A DNA stretch of 64,000 nt, taken from positions 10,850,001 to 10,914,000 of the forward strand of contig NC_043016.1 of NCBI RefSeq assembly GCF_006345805.1, in the 5' to 3' direction. The notes beneath the pieces were generated by a model. It searched no databases, was not told where the DNA came from, and saw only the letters and a list, made by a program, of their open reading frames with translations. The translations under genes and the position numbers were made by a program. This stretch comes from Octopus sinensis (Eukaryota). Positions within the stretch are counted from its first letter, which is position 1, and the number at the start of each line of letters is the position of its first letter. Shown piece after piece: positions 50,331-64,000 of this stretch.

Positions 50331-50728
50331 CCATTTTGTTTTGTTTTTTTTTTGTCACATGTCCTAAATAACTAAACATATGACACAGGTGTGGCTGTAT
50401 GATAAGAAACTTGCTTCTCAATTACATGGTCCCGGGTTCAGTCCCAGTGTGTGGTACCTTGCACAAGTGTCTGCTGCAATAGCCTCAGGTCAACCGAAGC
50501 CTTGTGATAGGATTTGTAGACAGAAACTGAAATGAAGCCTGTTGTGTGTGTGTGTGTGTGTGTGTATGTGGTTGGCATTAGGAAGGGCATCCAGCTGTAG
50601 AAACCTTGCCAGAATGGATTGGAGCCTGGTGCAGCCTCCTGGCTTGCTAGTCCTCAGTCAAACCATCCAACCCATGCCTGCATGGAAAGCGGATGTTAAA
50701 TGATGATATGTATATATATTACATATCA

Positions 50729-50763
<35 letters not shown>

Positions 50764-53267
50764 ACTGTGTAGAAAAAGCTTGCTTCCGATCACATGGTTC
50801 TGGGTTCAGTCCCGCTGCGTGGCACCTTGGGCAAGCGTCTTCTACTATAGCTTCAGGCCAACTAAAGCCTTGTGAGTGGATTTGGTAGGCAAAAACTGAA
50901 AGAAGTCCATCTTGCACCCTAGTGTCACGGAAATGGCACCCGTGCCAATGGAACATAAAAGTACCCATTACACTCTTCGGGTATGCCAAATTAGACTGGA
51001 GTCTAAACCAACCAACCCATGCCAGCATGCGCGAAGGATATTAGATGAGGAGGAAGAGGAGGATCATATATATGTGTGTGTGTCCATCACCACTTGACAA
51101 CCAGTGTTGGTGTGTTTACGTCCCCATAGCTTAATGGTTCAGCAAAAGAGACTGATGGAATAAATAGCAGACTTGAAAAAAAAAAAGTCCTGAGGTTGAT
51201 TTGTTTGCCAGAAACACGTCACAGCGCTGCTACAGCATGGCCACAGTCTAATGACTGAAACAAGTAAAAGAATAAAAGTGGAAAGCTAAAAGCAAGCAAG
51301 TAACTTGTGATGAACAGAGCATATATTTAATATAGGCCTACACTCACCTGACTGCAATAACTGGTCCCAGGGCATGAAACTTTACTAAAATATCTTCATA
51401 ACATGAAGAATCATATAAAAAATTGATTGCCCAGGTGTGGCTGTGTGCTAAGAAGCTTGATTCCCAACCACAATGCTCCAGGTTCTGTCCCACTGCATGG
51501 CAGCTTGGGCAAGTGTTTTCTACTATAGCCTCAGTCAAACCAAAGCCTTATAAGTGGATTTGGTAAACAGAAAAATGCCTGTTGTATATATGTGTGTGTG
51601 TGGGGGGGTTACATTTGTGTAGGTGTGTGGGTGTGTTTGTCCCCCACCACTGCTTGACAACTGGTGTTTACATCCCTGTAACTTAGCAGTTCAGCAAAAG
51701 AGACTGATAGAATAAGTACTGGGTTTAACAAAAAAAAAATTAAGTCCTGGGGTTAATTCATTCAACTATAAATACTTCAAGGTGGTGCTCCAGCATGGCC
51801 ACAGTCAAATGACTGAAACAAGTAAAAGAGAAAAAAGATTACATCCGTTTTGATAAATGATTTTGACATATTTCCACAAGTGTTTCGTACTTGATTTTCC
51901 TCTTCAGTGTTGGGTTTCATGTGCGGGAGTTTTAAAAACTTCGTTTTTGGATCTTAAAAATGTTTGTTCTTTTAAATGTGTTTGCTGAGACTGATGTAAA
52001 AGTTAGATAAATTGAATGAAGTTGAGGGTTATTTTCTCCTTTTATTTCTTAAAAAACAAAAAAAGACGAAACTGGAAATGATGTAATTTGAGGTTTTCCT
52101 GTATATACCTCTATCTTTGCTTATCTTTGATGCTTTCATCACTGAACTTAGATAACACAGCACATACAATTGTGAACCGTGTCATGTTTCTCATAAATTG
52201 ATGAGATAACATGGGGTGGCAATGATACTTTGTAGTTACTTATTTTCTTATTTACTGATTATGTTATTAAATTTTACACTAAACATCATTCCAACCATGA
52301 AACAATAACATAATATGTGATCAATATGTTGATCAGAATATTGATATATTAGATCAATATTTCGTCAGTCCTCTTTACACTTAAAATATTGAAATATTTT
52401 GTGTCTTGAGATGTCATATCTCAGCATTGATCTTATTATGCTCATCAACCATTTTTAGTTGTAACACTATCAATTTTTATGACTCATGTTCTTTATGTAA
52501 AGATGTTTATGACGTAGGCATACGACAATCGTTCTGAAAAATTCACAAAATCCAGGCACTTTCCTAAACACAAAAAGGAAAATTTCTGGAAGCTCTCCTC
52601 ATGAATGGAAATTTATTTTGACAATGTTGTCATGCCTACTTCTGGATTACAGAACGACATATATACATATTGCTTATGCACTTTACCCATGGCCTACACC
52701 AATCCATGGGAAATAACTCCTCTTTCTTCCTTGAAAATGTTATAATTTTTTTACTACGTTTTATGCCATTTCTTTTAAATAAAACCTCGCCACTCAACAT
52801 AGAAGAGATTATGCACTTTCAGCCATTATGTCTGAAGTGTTCTCAATACCGCTTAAGTGCGACAGTCAGCATGAAACTGCCATTAACATTCTAACTAGTT
52901 ATATATCATTACCAGTAATATGCTGTTGGACAATATATAAAAATATAACCTCTCTATTACTGATATTGAGCGTATCTGTTTTCTTAAATTTTTAAGAAGT
53001 TGTACTTGTTGGATAGATTTGTATAAGAAAATATGGATAATATAAAACTCTCCCGCAGTAAATTTGATTATAACAATCTGCAAATTTATTTGTTTCAAAA
53101 ACCATAGGGAGAGGACATTTGTAAAATGACCTTTAGTGTGAGGGGACACTGAACCACAAAAGCATGAGGAAAACTGAGCTAGAATATTCTTGTGAAGAAC
53201 AGCAACAGTGAATGATATCGGTTTTGACAGATGTAAAATATAAGAGTCAAAGTAGCTTTATTCTTAC

Positions 53268-53324
53268 TGGAGTAGATTCTTCTTGTAGCCTGTCACCAAT
53301 AATGTTGATAGCAACCACACTGAT
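53268..53324 (-). CDS. CEP104: CEP104 coding exon, 57 nt, phase 0-0
   Basis: ctatgtAG|ATC AGT...ACT CCA|GTaaga; ISVVAINIIGDRLQEESTP matches VALVAINIIGD. Confidence 0.93.
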
Positions 53325-54446
53325 CTACATAGAAAAAAAAAACAAGAGAAAAAAATTACAGAAATTATATTGTGTTCCCAATGGCATCAAAGCTAAGTAA
53401 TTAAGAATAGACTAATGAGCTAACATAATGTTGTGAAACCATAAAATCATTTCGACATATTTTCACATGTATTTTATTTGATTTTGCAATTCAGTATTGA
53501 TTTTTAAGTGTTTTTTTTTTTAAATTTATATATTTTTAAATATATTTGCCGGAACAGGTGTAAAGTTGGATAAATTGATTGAAGGTGAGGTTTATTTTTT
53601 TCCCCATTTATTTCTTAAAAGACAAAGCAGAAAATGATATTAGACAGGTAGTGAGAGCAAAAACATAATAATTGAGTGTTAATGATACTTCTTTTCAAAA
53701 AAGAGCAAGGGAGAGAATTTTTTGATTCATAATTAAAAATTCATTATTAGCAACAAAAACGGCAATCTGTATCTCTTACTCAATGTAGATACACTGTAAG
53801 AAAGCCACAATACTTAAGTATAGATATTTAAGAATCTATAGTAGATTCTTAAGAAAGAATCTACTATAGACATATAGTGCTAAAAAATACAGAAGTACCA
53901 GCAGCAGGTAAAAAGTGTGACAGTAATAGCAGCAATGGTGGAACTGCTAGATCATGTGATTCTTGTGAAGCAAGTCATAAAAGGCGGCAATATGATGTAA
54001 TGATCGTCTGCCCAAACAAGCACAATTGTTGGTATCCCATTGGTTAGAATTACTGCCCATATATAAATTCTAAACTTTCGTCAAAGAAATCTTTCACAAA
54101 ATACAGTTCTTAGAATTCAGATATGAGCAGTTATAAAAACCCTGATTTTGGGGAAATTACTCAGTGATCATAGGATGTTACTAAACTCCACAACACTCAC
54201 TCCTTGAGATATTGGCTATTTTTTAAGCCATGTCTATGACTTATGGTCAGTAAATAATGTAAACCTGCATATTTGTATATCTTCAACAGCAAGTATCCAC
54301 TATCATTGCATGCTTGTGCCTTTTAACACTATATGAGATGCTTTCTCAAGACAAATATTGCAGTAGTATTGTGCTTTCTTAAAGTATATCCACATTGAGT
54401 AGGATATATAGATTGCTTTATAATTAAAAATTAAATGAAGATATAT

Positions 54447-54849
54447 TACTCTTTTACTTGTTTCAGTCATTTGACTGCGGCCAGCTGGAGCACCGCCTTT
54501 AATCGAGCAAATCGACCCCAGGACTTATTCTTTTGTAAGCCCAGTACTTATTCTATCGGTCTCTTTTGCCGAACCGCTAAGTGACAGGGACATAAACACA
54601 CCAGCATCGGTTGTCAAGCAATGCTAGGGGGACAAACACAGACACACAAATACACACATGCATATATATACATATATACATATATACGACGCGCTTCTTT
54701 CAGTTTCCGTCAACCAAATCCACTCACAAGGCTTTAGTCGGCCCGAGGCTATAGTAGAAGACACTTGCCCAAGATGCCACGCAGTGGGACTGAACCCGGA
54801 ACCATGTGGTTGGTAAGCAAGCTACTTACCACACAGCCACTCCTGCGCC
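54447..54849 (-). mobile_element. Young full-length SINE family A (inverted)
   Basis: Reverse complement of the 46773 copy. Confidence 0.9.
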
Positions 54850-55750
54850 AAAATATATTGTAGAAGTGAGTTTGATAGGTGCAGTAATTAATCATTCTTT
54901 AGTTATTTAGTTTGTTTTGGCCATTACAGCTAAGACCATACTGGAGCATCATCCTCAAGTGTGAATATTCTTTGTCCCTTTTTATTTGTCTCTCCCTCTT
55001 TATACATCCAGTTAGTGACAGTGTGATGGCGTAAGAAATCATAACTGTTATCATCTGTATTGTAATTTAATCATATACCTAACAGCTGTAAGGTTAAAGA
55101 ACTGAATTACAAACGACACAGTCACGAGTTCAAATCTTGCTATTACTAAAATGACTTGTGTTAACCGGAGCTGCTTTGTCTTTTACTTCTGCAACTCAGA
55201 CATTCCTGACCCCCTTCCTCTCTCAACCATCTGGCAACCTTGTTTTGTCATGACCATCCAGGTCCCACACTAATCACTGTATCCAGTGCTTCATCCTTAC
55301 AAACAGGATTAAGGCCTCCAAAGTCATGGACACTGACCCAGTGAGTAAAAGAAAAGAAAAATCACTGTGTTGTGCCACAATACACAAAACTGTTAACTTG
55401 TTTCAGAAAAATACCCCCCCCCCCACATGTATTATGTGTCTCATTCTTCATGGTTGATGATGCATGATTAATACAAAACAATGTGGCTCTCGTGCCGGTG
55501 GCACGTAAAAAGCACCCGCTACACTCTCGGAGTGGTTGGCATTAGGAAGGGCATCCAGCTGTAGAAACTCTGCCAGATCATACTGGAGCCTGGTGCAGCC
55601 ACCTGGCTCGCCAGTCCTCAGTCAAACCCTCCAACCCATGCCAGCATGGAAAGCGGATGTTAAACGACGACGATGATGATGATGAATGTAAATAAATAAA
55701 TATTACATTTCAGAAAATAATCTGAATGCTAAAGGATTGAACATTTAGCA

Positions 55751-55988
55751 CAGTATTTCTCAACCATTTTTTCCCTCTGGACTTCTTTGATTCCCGTTTA
55801 CACAGATGGCCATTCCTAACCTTTTGATATTCCAAAAAATCCTACTATATTTTTATAATAAAGTATTATTACAAATTTTATATAAAAACAATTGTTAAAA
55901 TATTTTGTGCATTGTAGAAATATAACTGATTTATAGCAGATAAATTTTAACAACAAAATCTTACATGGACCCTGGTTCAGAACCATTG
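55751..55988. mobile_element. hAT (Buster/Charlie-like) MITE
   Basis: cagtatttctcaacc ... ggttcagaaccattg; TSD atttagca/ctttagca (NNNTANNN). Confidence 0.75.
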
Positions 55989-56229
55989 CTTTAGCATCCA
56001 AACTAGCCATATCCAACCCAAATATTCTATCTGTTTTATGTTCAATCTGGCCATATCCAGTTTTTCATTTCTTTTATGTTAAAACCACCCAGATCCAGCC
56101 TCCCACACCAACCTTTAATGTCATTCTAAAATAAAGAAATTTACATCATTAAAATCTCAAAGCTATGAGATAATGCAGGATTAATTTCATACAATGTAAG
56201 TAAATATGCATTACTTTTGACAGAATAAC

Positions 56230-56665
56230 CTTTTCTACTCTAGGTACAAGGCCTGAAGTTTTGGGGGAGGGGGCCAGTCAATTACATCGACCCCACTATG
56301 CAACTGGTACTTAATTTTTCGACCCTGAAAGGATGAAAGGCAAAATCAACCTTGGCAGAATTTGAACTCAGAGCATAATGACAGATGAATTACTGCTAAG
56401 CATTTCGCCTGGCATGCTAATATTTCTGCCAGCTTGCTGCCTTTAATATTCTTTTCTACTCTAGGCACAAGGCTTGAAGTTTTGGGGGAGGGGGCCCAGT
56501 CAATTAAATCAACTCCAGTATGCAACTGGTACTTAATTTATCAACCCCAAAAGGATGAAAGGCAAAGTCGACCTCAGTGGAATTTGAACTCAAAACATAA
56601 AGACAGATGAAATACCACTAAGCATTTTGCCCAGCATGCTAACATTTCTGCCAACTTGCCGCCTT
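56230..56665 (-). mobile_element. Two tandem family-B SINE variants
   Basis: cttttctactctagg.acaaggc.tgaagttttgggggaggggg at 56230 and 56452. Confidence 0.8.
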
Positions 56666-57842
56666 ACTTTTGACGGAATAATCCAAACGCAAAAGGATTA
56701 AGTTATTCCAGTGGTGCATTGGCAGAGTCTTTGGAATATGAAAATGAATGCTTTGTTGTATTTGTTCTGAGATTCTGCTAAGTCCAAACCTCACCAACAC
56801 CAATTCTACCTTTCATCCTTTCAAGGCTGATAAATAAATAGCAGTCAAGTACTAGAACCAGTTTTTTTATCTCTTTCTCTCTTCCTACATGAAATAGACT
56901 GTAGTCAGACATTGAAAAGAATGGAATCCATCAAACTTGAAAATCTGTCCAAGACATGCCATATATATCAGAATGTTGTCTCTATAACTCCATCAGGTGT
57001 TGCAAATCCAATGTAACACTAACAGAAGCGTCAGAGCCAAATTTTCAGTCGAAGGTGAAATAACTTTGTTCTTTCCTTCTTCAAGTTTTAGTGTGGGGAA
57101 CGTTGAGTGTAGGGAAAGATTGGCAAGCTGGCAGAAACATTAGCACACCGGGCGATATTCTTTGTGGTATTTCGTCTGCCGCTGAGTTCTGAGTTCAAAT
57201 TCTGCTGAGGTCGACTTTGCCTTTCATCCTTTTGGAGTTGATAAATTAAGTACTAGTTATGCACTGGGGGTTGATGTAATCGACTTAATCCGTTTGTCTG
57301 TCCTTGTTTGTCTCCTCTATGTTTAGCCCCTTGAGGGCAATAAAGAAATAAGATTGGCCAGAGATGTAATAGAAAATATTTGTCCAGGGTGCCATGCAGT
57401 GAAACTGAACCTGATACCACATGGTTGGGAAGTAACCTTCTTAACCACACAACCATACATGTACCAATAAATATATGTGAATGTGTGTATATGTGCAGGT
57501 AAAGTGAACAAGGTAAAGTCACTTTCTCGTGTCATGCCGACTCATAAGGGCCAGTTTCCCAGTTTCCATAGCAAATAATAAATTCTCCCAATGGATGGGA
57601 CCCCAGTCCATCACAGGATTACTCATTTTTTTGCCACCTGAGTGGAGTGGAGCAAAGTGAAATGAAGTGTCTTGCTCAAGGACACAATGTGTCACCAGGT
57701 CCAGGAATCGAAACCACAATCTTATGATCACAAGTCCAACACCCTAACCAATAAACCACATGTACCTCCACATATGTGTGAAAATGTGTGTGTATTTGTG
57801 TGTGTGTCTGTGTGTGCAAGTATGTGTGTGTAATCAAATTAC

Positions 57843-57981
57843 CTGATTGTATAGATTGTATTTGTTAATATAGTTCTTGTGCAAGTTTAGCTTCAGGAAC
57901 ATCCCCGTGGCATCAACATGAACTGATTTGAGCTCCCGAACACGAAAGTCTGTCTTCTCATTGTTTGCCAAAGATATGTAA
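57843..57981 (-). CDS. CEP104: CEP104 coding exon (jelly-roll domain), 139 nt, phase 2-0
   Basis: tttccAG|T TAC ATA...AAT CAG|GTaatt; YISLANNEKTDFRVRELKSVHVDATGMFLKLNLHKNYINKYNLYNQ versus human YVSLCDNEKTGCKARELKSVYVDAVGQFLKLIFHQNHVNKYNIYNQ (recalled). Confidence 0.97.
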
Positions 57982-58873
57982 CTGGAAATAGAAAAATCAT
58001 GATTATTAAATCATTGCTTTAAAAGTAAAATGAACATAAAATATTTTTAGCAGTGAAAATCCACGTAGATAAAGGCTATAAATGATAATTTGTAAATATT
58101 TGATAGAAAAATCAAAGGCTGTCTGTGAGACTTGAACCCACACCTCTAGACATGACAGATGTTTTAGGGAAAATGCATTACAGTATTTAACTATGGCCCT
58201 TTACATCCTTAGATCAAATGTGACCTTTGTCTTTCTGGGTTTCTTAAAATGAAGTACTCATCAATTACAAGGTGAGTAAATTTTATTATTATTATTATCA
58301 TGGAGGCGCAATGGCCCAGTGATTAGGGCAGCGGACCCCCTCTCATAGAATCGTGGTTTCGATTTCCAGACCAGGCATTGGTCCACGAGGCTCCAGCAGG
58401 GGGTGGTGGTGAACCCTGCTGTACTCTTTCACCACAACTTTCTCTCACTCTTTCTTCCTGTTTCTGTTGTACATGTATTTCAAAGGCCCAGCCTTGTCAT
58501 ACTCTATGTCACATTGAATCTACCCGAGAACTGTTAAGGGTAGACATGTCTGTGCAGTGCTTAGCCACTTACACATTAATTTCATGAGCTGGCTGTGCCA
58601 TTGATTGGATCAACCGGAACCCTCGTCATCGTAACCAACGGATTGCCACTACTATTATTATTATCACTCTGTTTTTCAGAAGGCAGCAAGCTGGCAGAAT
58701 CATTAGCATGCTGGACAAAATACTTAGCAGTATTCCACCTGTCACTACATTCTGAGTTCAAATTCTGCTGAGGTCAATTTCGCCTTTTGGGGTCGACGTA
58801 ATAAGTACCAGTTGAGCACTGGGTTTGATATAATTGACTGTACCCCTCCCACCAAATTTCAGGCCTTGTACCT

Positions 58874-59325
58874 TTTAGATGTATGTATTCGTTATGTATT
58901 GCAAGAAACAGGTTTCTTTCTTTAACATTTTCCATAGTTCAAACCTACACATGTTAATGTGTGAAAAACAAAATAGGAATTTTGAAAGAAGTTTCTGTAA
59001 AGCTAGTTTTGAAACATCGAATGGCTATGAGGATCCACCAGAATAAAATAGTAATAAAAAGGGGTCCATAGATAAAAAATGGTTGACAACCCCTGCTTTA
59101 GATGTATGTATTGGTAAGTATAGCAAGAAACAGCTGGGTTTCTTTCTGTAACATTTTACTTTGTTCAACCGACACAAGTTAATATGTGAAAAACAAAATA
59201 GGAATTTTGAAAGAAGTTTCTATAAAACTAGTTTTTAAACAACAAATAGCTATGGGGGTCCACCAGAATAAAATAGTAGTCAGAGGGGTCCAGAGATAAA
59301 AAAAAAAAGTGGTTGAGAAACCCTG
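58874..59325 (+). mobile_element. Tandem pair of hAT MITE right halves
   Basis: ~225-bp units starting tttagatgtatgtatt and ending ggttga.aa.ccctg. Confidence 0.7.
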
Positions 59326-60231
59326 ATCTAGACTGTAGACTGGAGAACAACAATGGCCACCATAGAGGTAGAAAAGGCAAGGAAAGGAGACAATGTGTTT
59401 ATGGATCCGAGGTTGGAGAAGAGTCTGTTTGATCAGAACTAACCAAGATCTTAACAACAATAAATATTGGTGTCTCTGGCCATGAGACTGAGCTCTTCTT
59501 AATAACACAGGCCATCTAATAATAATAGGTATCCTTGGGTAATACCACTCAACATTGTAGGCAGGGGTAGCATAGTAAAACTGACCAATGTTTCATTGAT
59601 TTGCAGGGTTGAGCTCACATCTTTCCAAAAATTGCTGTCACATTTTCTTAAAATCACACTTTTCTTAAAATCCCACCCTAACATAATATAAGGGTGGATA
59701 ATGTAGTCCAAGATATACTATATTTTATTTCATAATGGGCGACCATGACTGGAAGGCTTTTGATCATAGGGTTATACCTTCAGTACTAACCTGAGCCTAA
59801 ATATTATTTTAACAGGCTTGGTTAGAATTGGTTGATAAAGCTGGTTTGTGTTCCAATGTATGTGTGCATGTAGACAAAGGAAGAAATGAGAAAACCAGGA
59901 GGATAAAATGTGATGATTTATTCGACCCGTTAAAGAAAGGGTATTCTTATCTCATTTATGTCTTGTCCTAGCATAGAAAACATATATCAAAACGCACACA
60001 GATGACCTAGGAATGAAAACCATGGTCTTGTGTTCATGTGTGTAACATTCTGGCCTCTTAGTTACACATCTTTACACCTTTACACACACACAAACATGCA
60101 TATGGCAAAGTTGATAGAATACCTCTTGAAGGAACGGTCAGAATATATACGCAATGGTTTAACATGCAGATGGTACATAATGATGATGGATGCGATATAG
60201 AATAGAAAAACAAAAAAAAGTGACATTATAT

Positions 60232-60630
60232 AGGCGCAGGAGTGGCTGTGTGGTAAGTAGCTTGTTTACCAACCACATGGTTCTGGGTTCAGTCCCACTG
60301 CGTGGCACCTTGGGCAAGTGTCTTCTGCTATAACCCCAGGCCGACCAATGCCTTGTGGGTGGATTTGGTAGACGGAAACTGAAAGAAGCCCGTCGTATAT
60401 ATGTATATATATGTGCGTGTATGTTTGTGTGCCTGTGTTTGTCCCCCTAGCATTGCTTGACAACCGATGCTGGTGTGTTTATGTCCCCGTCACTTAGCGG
60501 TTCGGCAAAAGAGACCGATAGAATAAGTACTGGGCTTACAAAAGAATAAGTCCCGGGGTCGAGTTGCTCGATTAAAGGCGGTGCTCCAGCATGGCCACAG
60601 TCATAATGACTGAAACAAGAGAAAAAGAAA
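60232..60630 (+). mobile_element. Young full-length SINE family A
   Basis: Same sequence as 46773. Confidence 0.9.
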
Positions 60631-60944
60631 AAAAAAAAGAGAAAAAGAAAAAAAGAAAAGTGACATAACTTCTGCTGGAGGATAGGAACAAATGTACACA
60701 CGTCAAATGATACCAAAGGCTGCCTGTGAAATAAATCTCTCAGCTGTTGATTCAAACTCGACCACACAACCCACCTCGCTATAGAAATAGCAGGAAGGGA
60801 CTCCAGTGAAGAGGCATAAATTTCCCATGCTTGGCTGGTCTGTCATGTGATGAGATGAGAGCCAGAAGGGCGAGATCGGTATATAACTCATCATGTGACC
60901 AGGTCATGTGATGACTTCCAGAAAACACAATGTACGAGCTAACA

Positions 60945-61310
60945 TCATCATCATCATCATCATCATCATCGTTTAACGTCCGTTTTCCGCGCTAGCATGG
61001 GTTGGACGGTTCGACCGGGGTCTGGGAAGCCAGGAGGCTGCACCAGGCTCCAGTCTGATCTGGCAGTGTTTCTACAGCTGGATGCCCTTCCCAACGCCAA
61101 CCACTCCGTGAGTGTAGTGGGTGCTTTTTACGTGCCACCTGCACAGGTGCCAGGGGGGGGGGAGTCTGGCATCAGCCACGATCGGTTGGTGCTTTTAACG
61201 TGCCACCGGCACGGAAGCCAGCCAAGGCGGCGCTGACATTGGCCACGTTCTGATGGTGCTTTTTATGTGCCACCGGCACAGAAGCCAGTTGAGGCGGCGC
61301 TGGCATCGGA
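60945..61310 (-). mobile_element. RTE-type 3' tail with two hairpin units
   Basis: Reverse complement of the 34845-35325 family. Confidence 0.8.
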
Positions 61311-61533
61311 TCCTTATTTAAGCTTAAACAAGCAAACTGTGAACATATACTTGCTACAGTATCAACATCAGCAACTAAGTTGGTTTGTCTTTGACACATT
61401 GCCATTATGTTTCCCTTAAATATTGAAACCTATTCAACCCCATCTCTAATGAAATTTAGCAAAAACATGTGCTGTGTATTTGTTGGAGTATTATTTATTT
61501 TTATTTTTCTCATATATACAGTTAGTTACTTAC

Positions 61534-61615
61534 CCAAGGCATACATATCGGACGTTTTTTAAGTCGAGAGGCTCATTTTCAGGAATATCTCCAACAAATA
61601 TTTCAATCTTGGAGG
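61534..61615 (-). CDS. CEP104: CEP104 coding exon (jelly-roll domain), 82 nt, phase 1-2
   Basis: catttcAG|CC TCC AAG...CTT GG|GTaagt; encodes SKIEIFVGDIPENEPLDLKNVRYVCL(G), resembling human CEP104 SSKIEFYISESLPE...RRLG (recalled sequence). Confidence 0.9.
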
Positions 61616-62746
61616 CTGAAATGTATAAAAAGAAATTTGCATTAATATTTCAACCAACATAAGGCAGCGAGCTGGCAGATATGTTAGCACGCTGGGTGAA
61701 ATGCTTAGCGGTATTTCGTCTGTCTTTATGTTCTGAGTTCAAATTCTGCCAAGGTCGACTTGGCCTTTCATTCTTTCAGGGTCAATAAATTAAGTACCAG
61801 TAGATCTAATCTCAACTGGCCTCACTCCCCCAAAATTTTGGGCCTAGTGCCTAGAGTAGAAAAGAATATTTCAACCGACGTCATCTTCATTTAGCATCCG
61901 CTTTCCATGCTAGCATGGGTTGGACATCCCAACAGAGAACAAATATCTAATCTCTCCACAGCATTTCTTGTTTCCTTCTTGAGTGAGGAAAGTTCTAATG
62001 AGTTAACCGGAGGAAAGAAAATTTCTCTTTCTTTTGTTAATGACACAAAATGATGTTTCCAATAGTATAATAGTATAAACTATTGGTCATGAGGTGAACA
62101 TAACTTTAACATCACAAGTATTTTCTACACAATCCTACTTAAGTTGAATATTTACTTCGAATAAATTATTCACATTGTTTGGGATTAACTATGCATTATC
62201 TTGTAGCTAAGAGATTTCAATGATGTGGACGTTTAGTTTTAGAATGACATTGTAGGGTAATTGTAAGAGATTGGATCTGCTTAGTTTTAATAAAACAGAT
62301 AAAATATTTGGGCCGGATGTGGCAGGATTAAATGAGTAAAGGGTCAATTTAATTGGAAACAGTGTGAAGTGATGGTTGTTATTTCTTGGCCTATTCATCA
62401 TAAAGCAAATACAGACTACAGAGGAAAAGGCAAGCCACTGGATTTGATTAAAAAGAGATGATGAGCAATGGCTAGAAGGACATTGAGTGAAACCAAGTAA
62501 CCAGTTGATCTAGCAAGCAGGACACCATCTCAGTAAGGAGGGCCAGTGCACAATAATGCTGTCAAGAGGAAGGCTCCAAAATGGCATGCATTTTCTCCTG
62601 ATGACCCCATAAGCCTGCTAGCATCCAGTATACAGAACTTTCAAATGCAAGTTGTTTGCAATATGTATCATCATCATCATCATCATTTAAGTCCGTTGTC
62701 CTTGCTGGCATGGGTTGGATGGTTTGACCAGAGGCTGATAAGCTGA

Positions 62747-62846
62747 NNNNNNNNNNNNNNNNNNNNNNNNNNNNNNNNNNNNNNNNNNNNNNNNNNNNNN
62801 NNNNNNNNNNNNNNNNNNNNNNNNNNNNNNNNNNNNNNNNNNNNNN
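62747..62846. other. Assembly gap (100 N)
   Basis: Direct reading. Confidence 1.
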
Positions 62847-63149
62847 AAGAAGAAGAAGAAGAAAAAAACTCCATGCAATAGGGAAACGGATGGGAAAGGA
62901 AGTGGGATGCGGATACGGAACATGGCGTGTTTGATAGGAAAGTGTGAAAAGGGACATTTTTATAAGAAGCCAATATATGTAGGAATGCAGGTGATGAAGA
63001 ACTTGAAGAACTGGATGAAACTGGATGGAACTGAGATGGATGGATGGATAGGAAGAAGGAAACAAAAGGATGTGAGAGACTTGGTGCATTGTCCAATGGC
63101 ACTGGAATGATACCATATACAAGATGAAAAATCTGAATATATATATATA

Positions 63150-63538
63150 CATATATATAAAAGTAAGGTTGTGTGCTGTCTGTCTCCTACGATTTAGATT
63201 CCTAACTACTCCCACATTTTGCGGTGCAGTTTAGCCAAAACCGGGTATCTTATAGTCGTGATTCATATCGAGCCCTTCTGGGTATTAGCGTGCGTCTACG
63301 ATGAGTCTACGATTAAAAAAAAAATTTACCATCAATTTTTCCCATTTTAATGCATTTTTGCATATAAAGGGAAGTAATCTCTAAAAAATTTATTATTAAA
63401 TCTCAGAACATAAAAAGCTACAGTAACCCCCTCCCTTTGTGGGTAGCCATATTGAGATGGCTATTATACTTTACATCTCTAAAAATGCTTATATAGTTAT
63501 TTCCTTACAAACCGAGCAACGCCGGGCGATACTGCTAG
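63150..63538 (+). mobile_element. Non-autonomous Helitron (third copy)
   Basis: Shared body, hairpin and CTAG|T. Confidence 0.85.
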
Positions 63539-63557
63539 TAATATATATATAAATAAT

Positions 63558-63966
63558 GTGGGAGAGCTTGCTAGGGGTACTAGGTCTGTGGGTAGACCGT
63601 TCTTACGTTACAAGGATGTTTGCAAAAGGGACATGAAGGCCTGCAACATAAGTATTAGCAGTTGGGAAGCAATTGCCAGCAACCGTGGAGATTGGCGACG
63701 TACCGTAAAAGAGGGAATACAAAGGAGTGACAGAGAGAGAGAGGAGAAATGGAAAGACAAGAAGAGACGTCAACAAGAAACTATGACATTACAACCAGCC
63801 AGGCAAAGTCTTCGCTACATTTACGGTACCTGCCAGAAGGAGTGTTTGTCCAGGATAGGACTACACAGCCACAGCAGGAGATGTATTAGGACATAAAATG
63901 TAAAAGTCGGACTAGACTACTTTATGTGCAACTCCATTGTCTCCCGAGACAGAAAGAATGCCAACC
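63558..63966 (+). mobile_element. RTE-BovB-like LINE 3' end
   Basis: GELARGTRSVGRPFLRYKDVCKRDMK...CQKECLSRIGLHSHSRRC; 3' hairpin ttgtctcccgagacag. Confidence 0.9.
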
Positions 63967-64000
63967 AAAGTAGGGTACCAGAATACCACTTGCTAGAAAT

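Noticed and set aside
52895-53149. 84-aa minus-strand ORF with AG/GT-like borders near a CEP104 exon
   Set aside because: No CEP104 similarity; the exon chain is already complete and in frame without it

Overview
Repeat-dense animal genomic DNA, most likely an octopus (coleoid cephalopod); this is inferred from the SINE/LINE repertoire and microsatellite load and was not verified. The whole window lies inside one minus-strand gene, CEP104. Nine coding exons with GT-AG boundaries join in one continuous frame: 61534-61615, 57843-57981, 53268-53324, 49638-49699, 44814-44923, 10358-10413, 7881-8036, 6624-6651, 3951-4137. They cover the jelly-roll domain, coiled coil and pre-TOG linker. The introns, including one of 34.4 kb, hold several tRNA-derived SINE families, RTE, CR1, CRE and Penelope-like remnants, non-autonomous Helitrons, Tc1/mariner, hAT and piggyBac-like MITEs, and a cluster of Merlin-type (GG...CC, 8-bp TSD) foldback MITEs with a Merlin transposase remnant. 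The top finding is the MITE at 31854-32618. Its two arms differ almost only by G:T-type mismatches (about 40 versus 1 A:C by hand count), with ADAR-like neighbour preference, as if A-to-I hyper-editing had been written back into genomic DNA. Most ORF-track entries are microsatellite artefacts. There is a 100-N gap at 62747-62846. All alignments and counts were done by eye.
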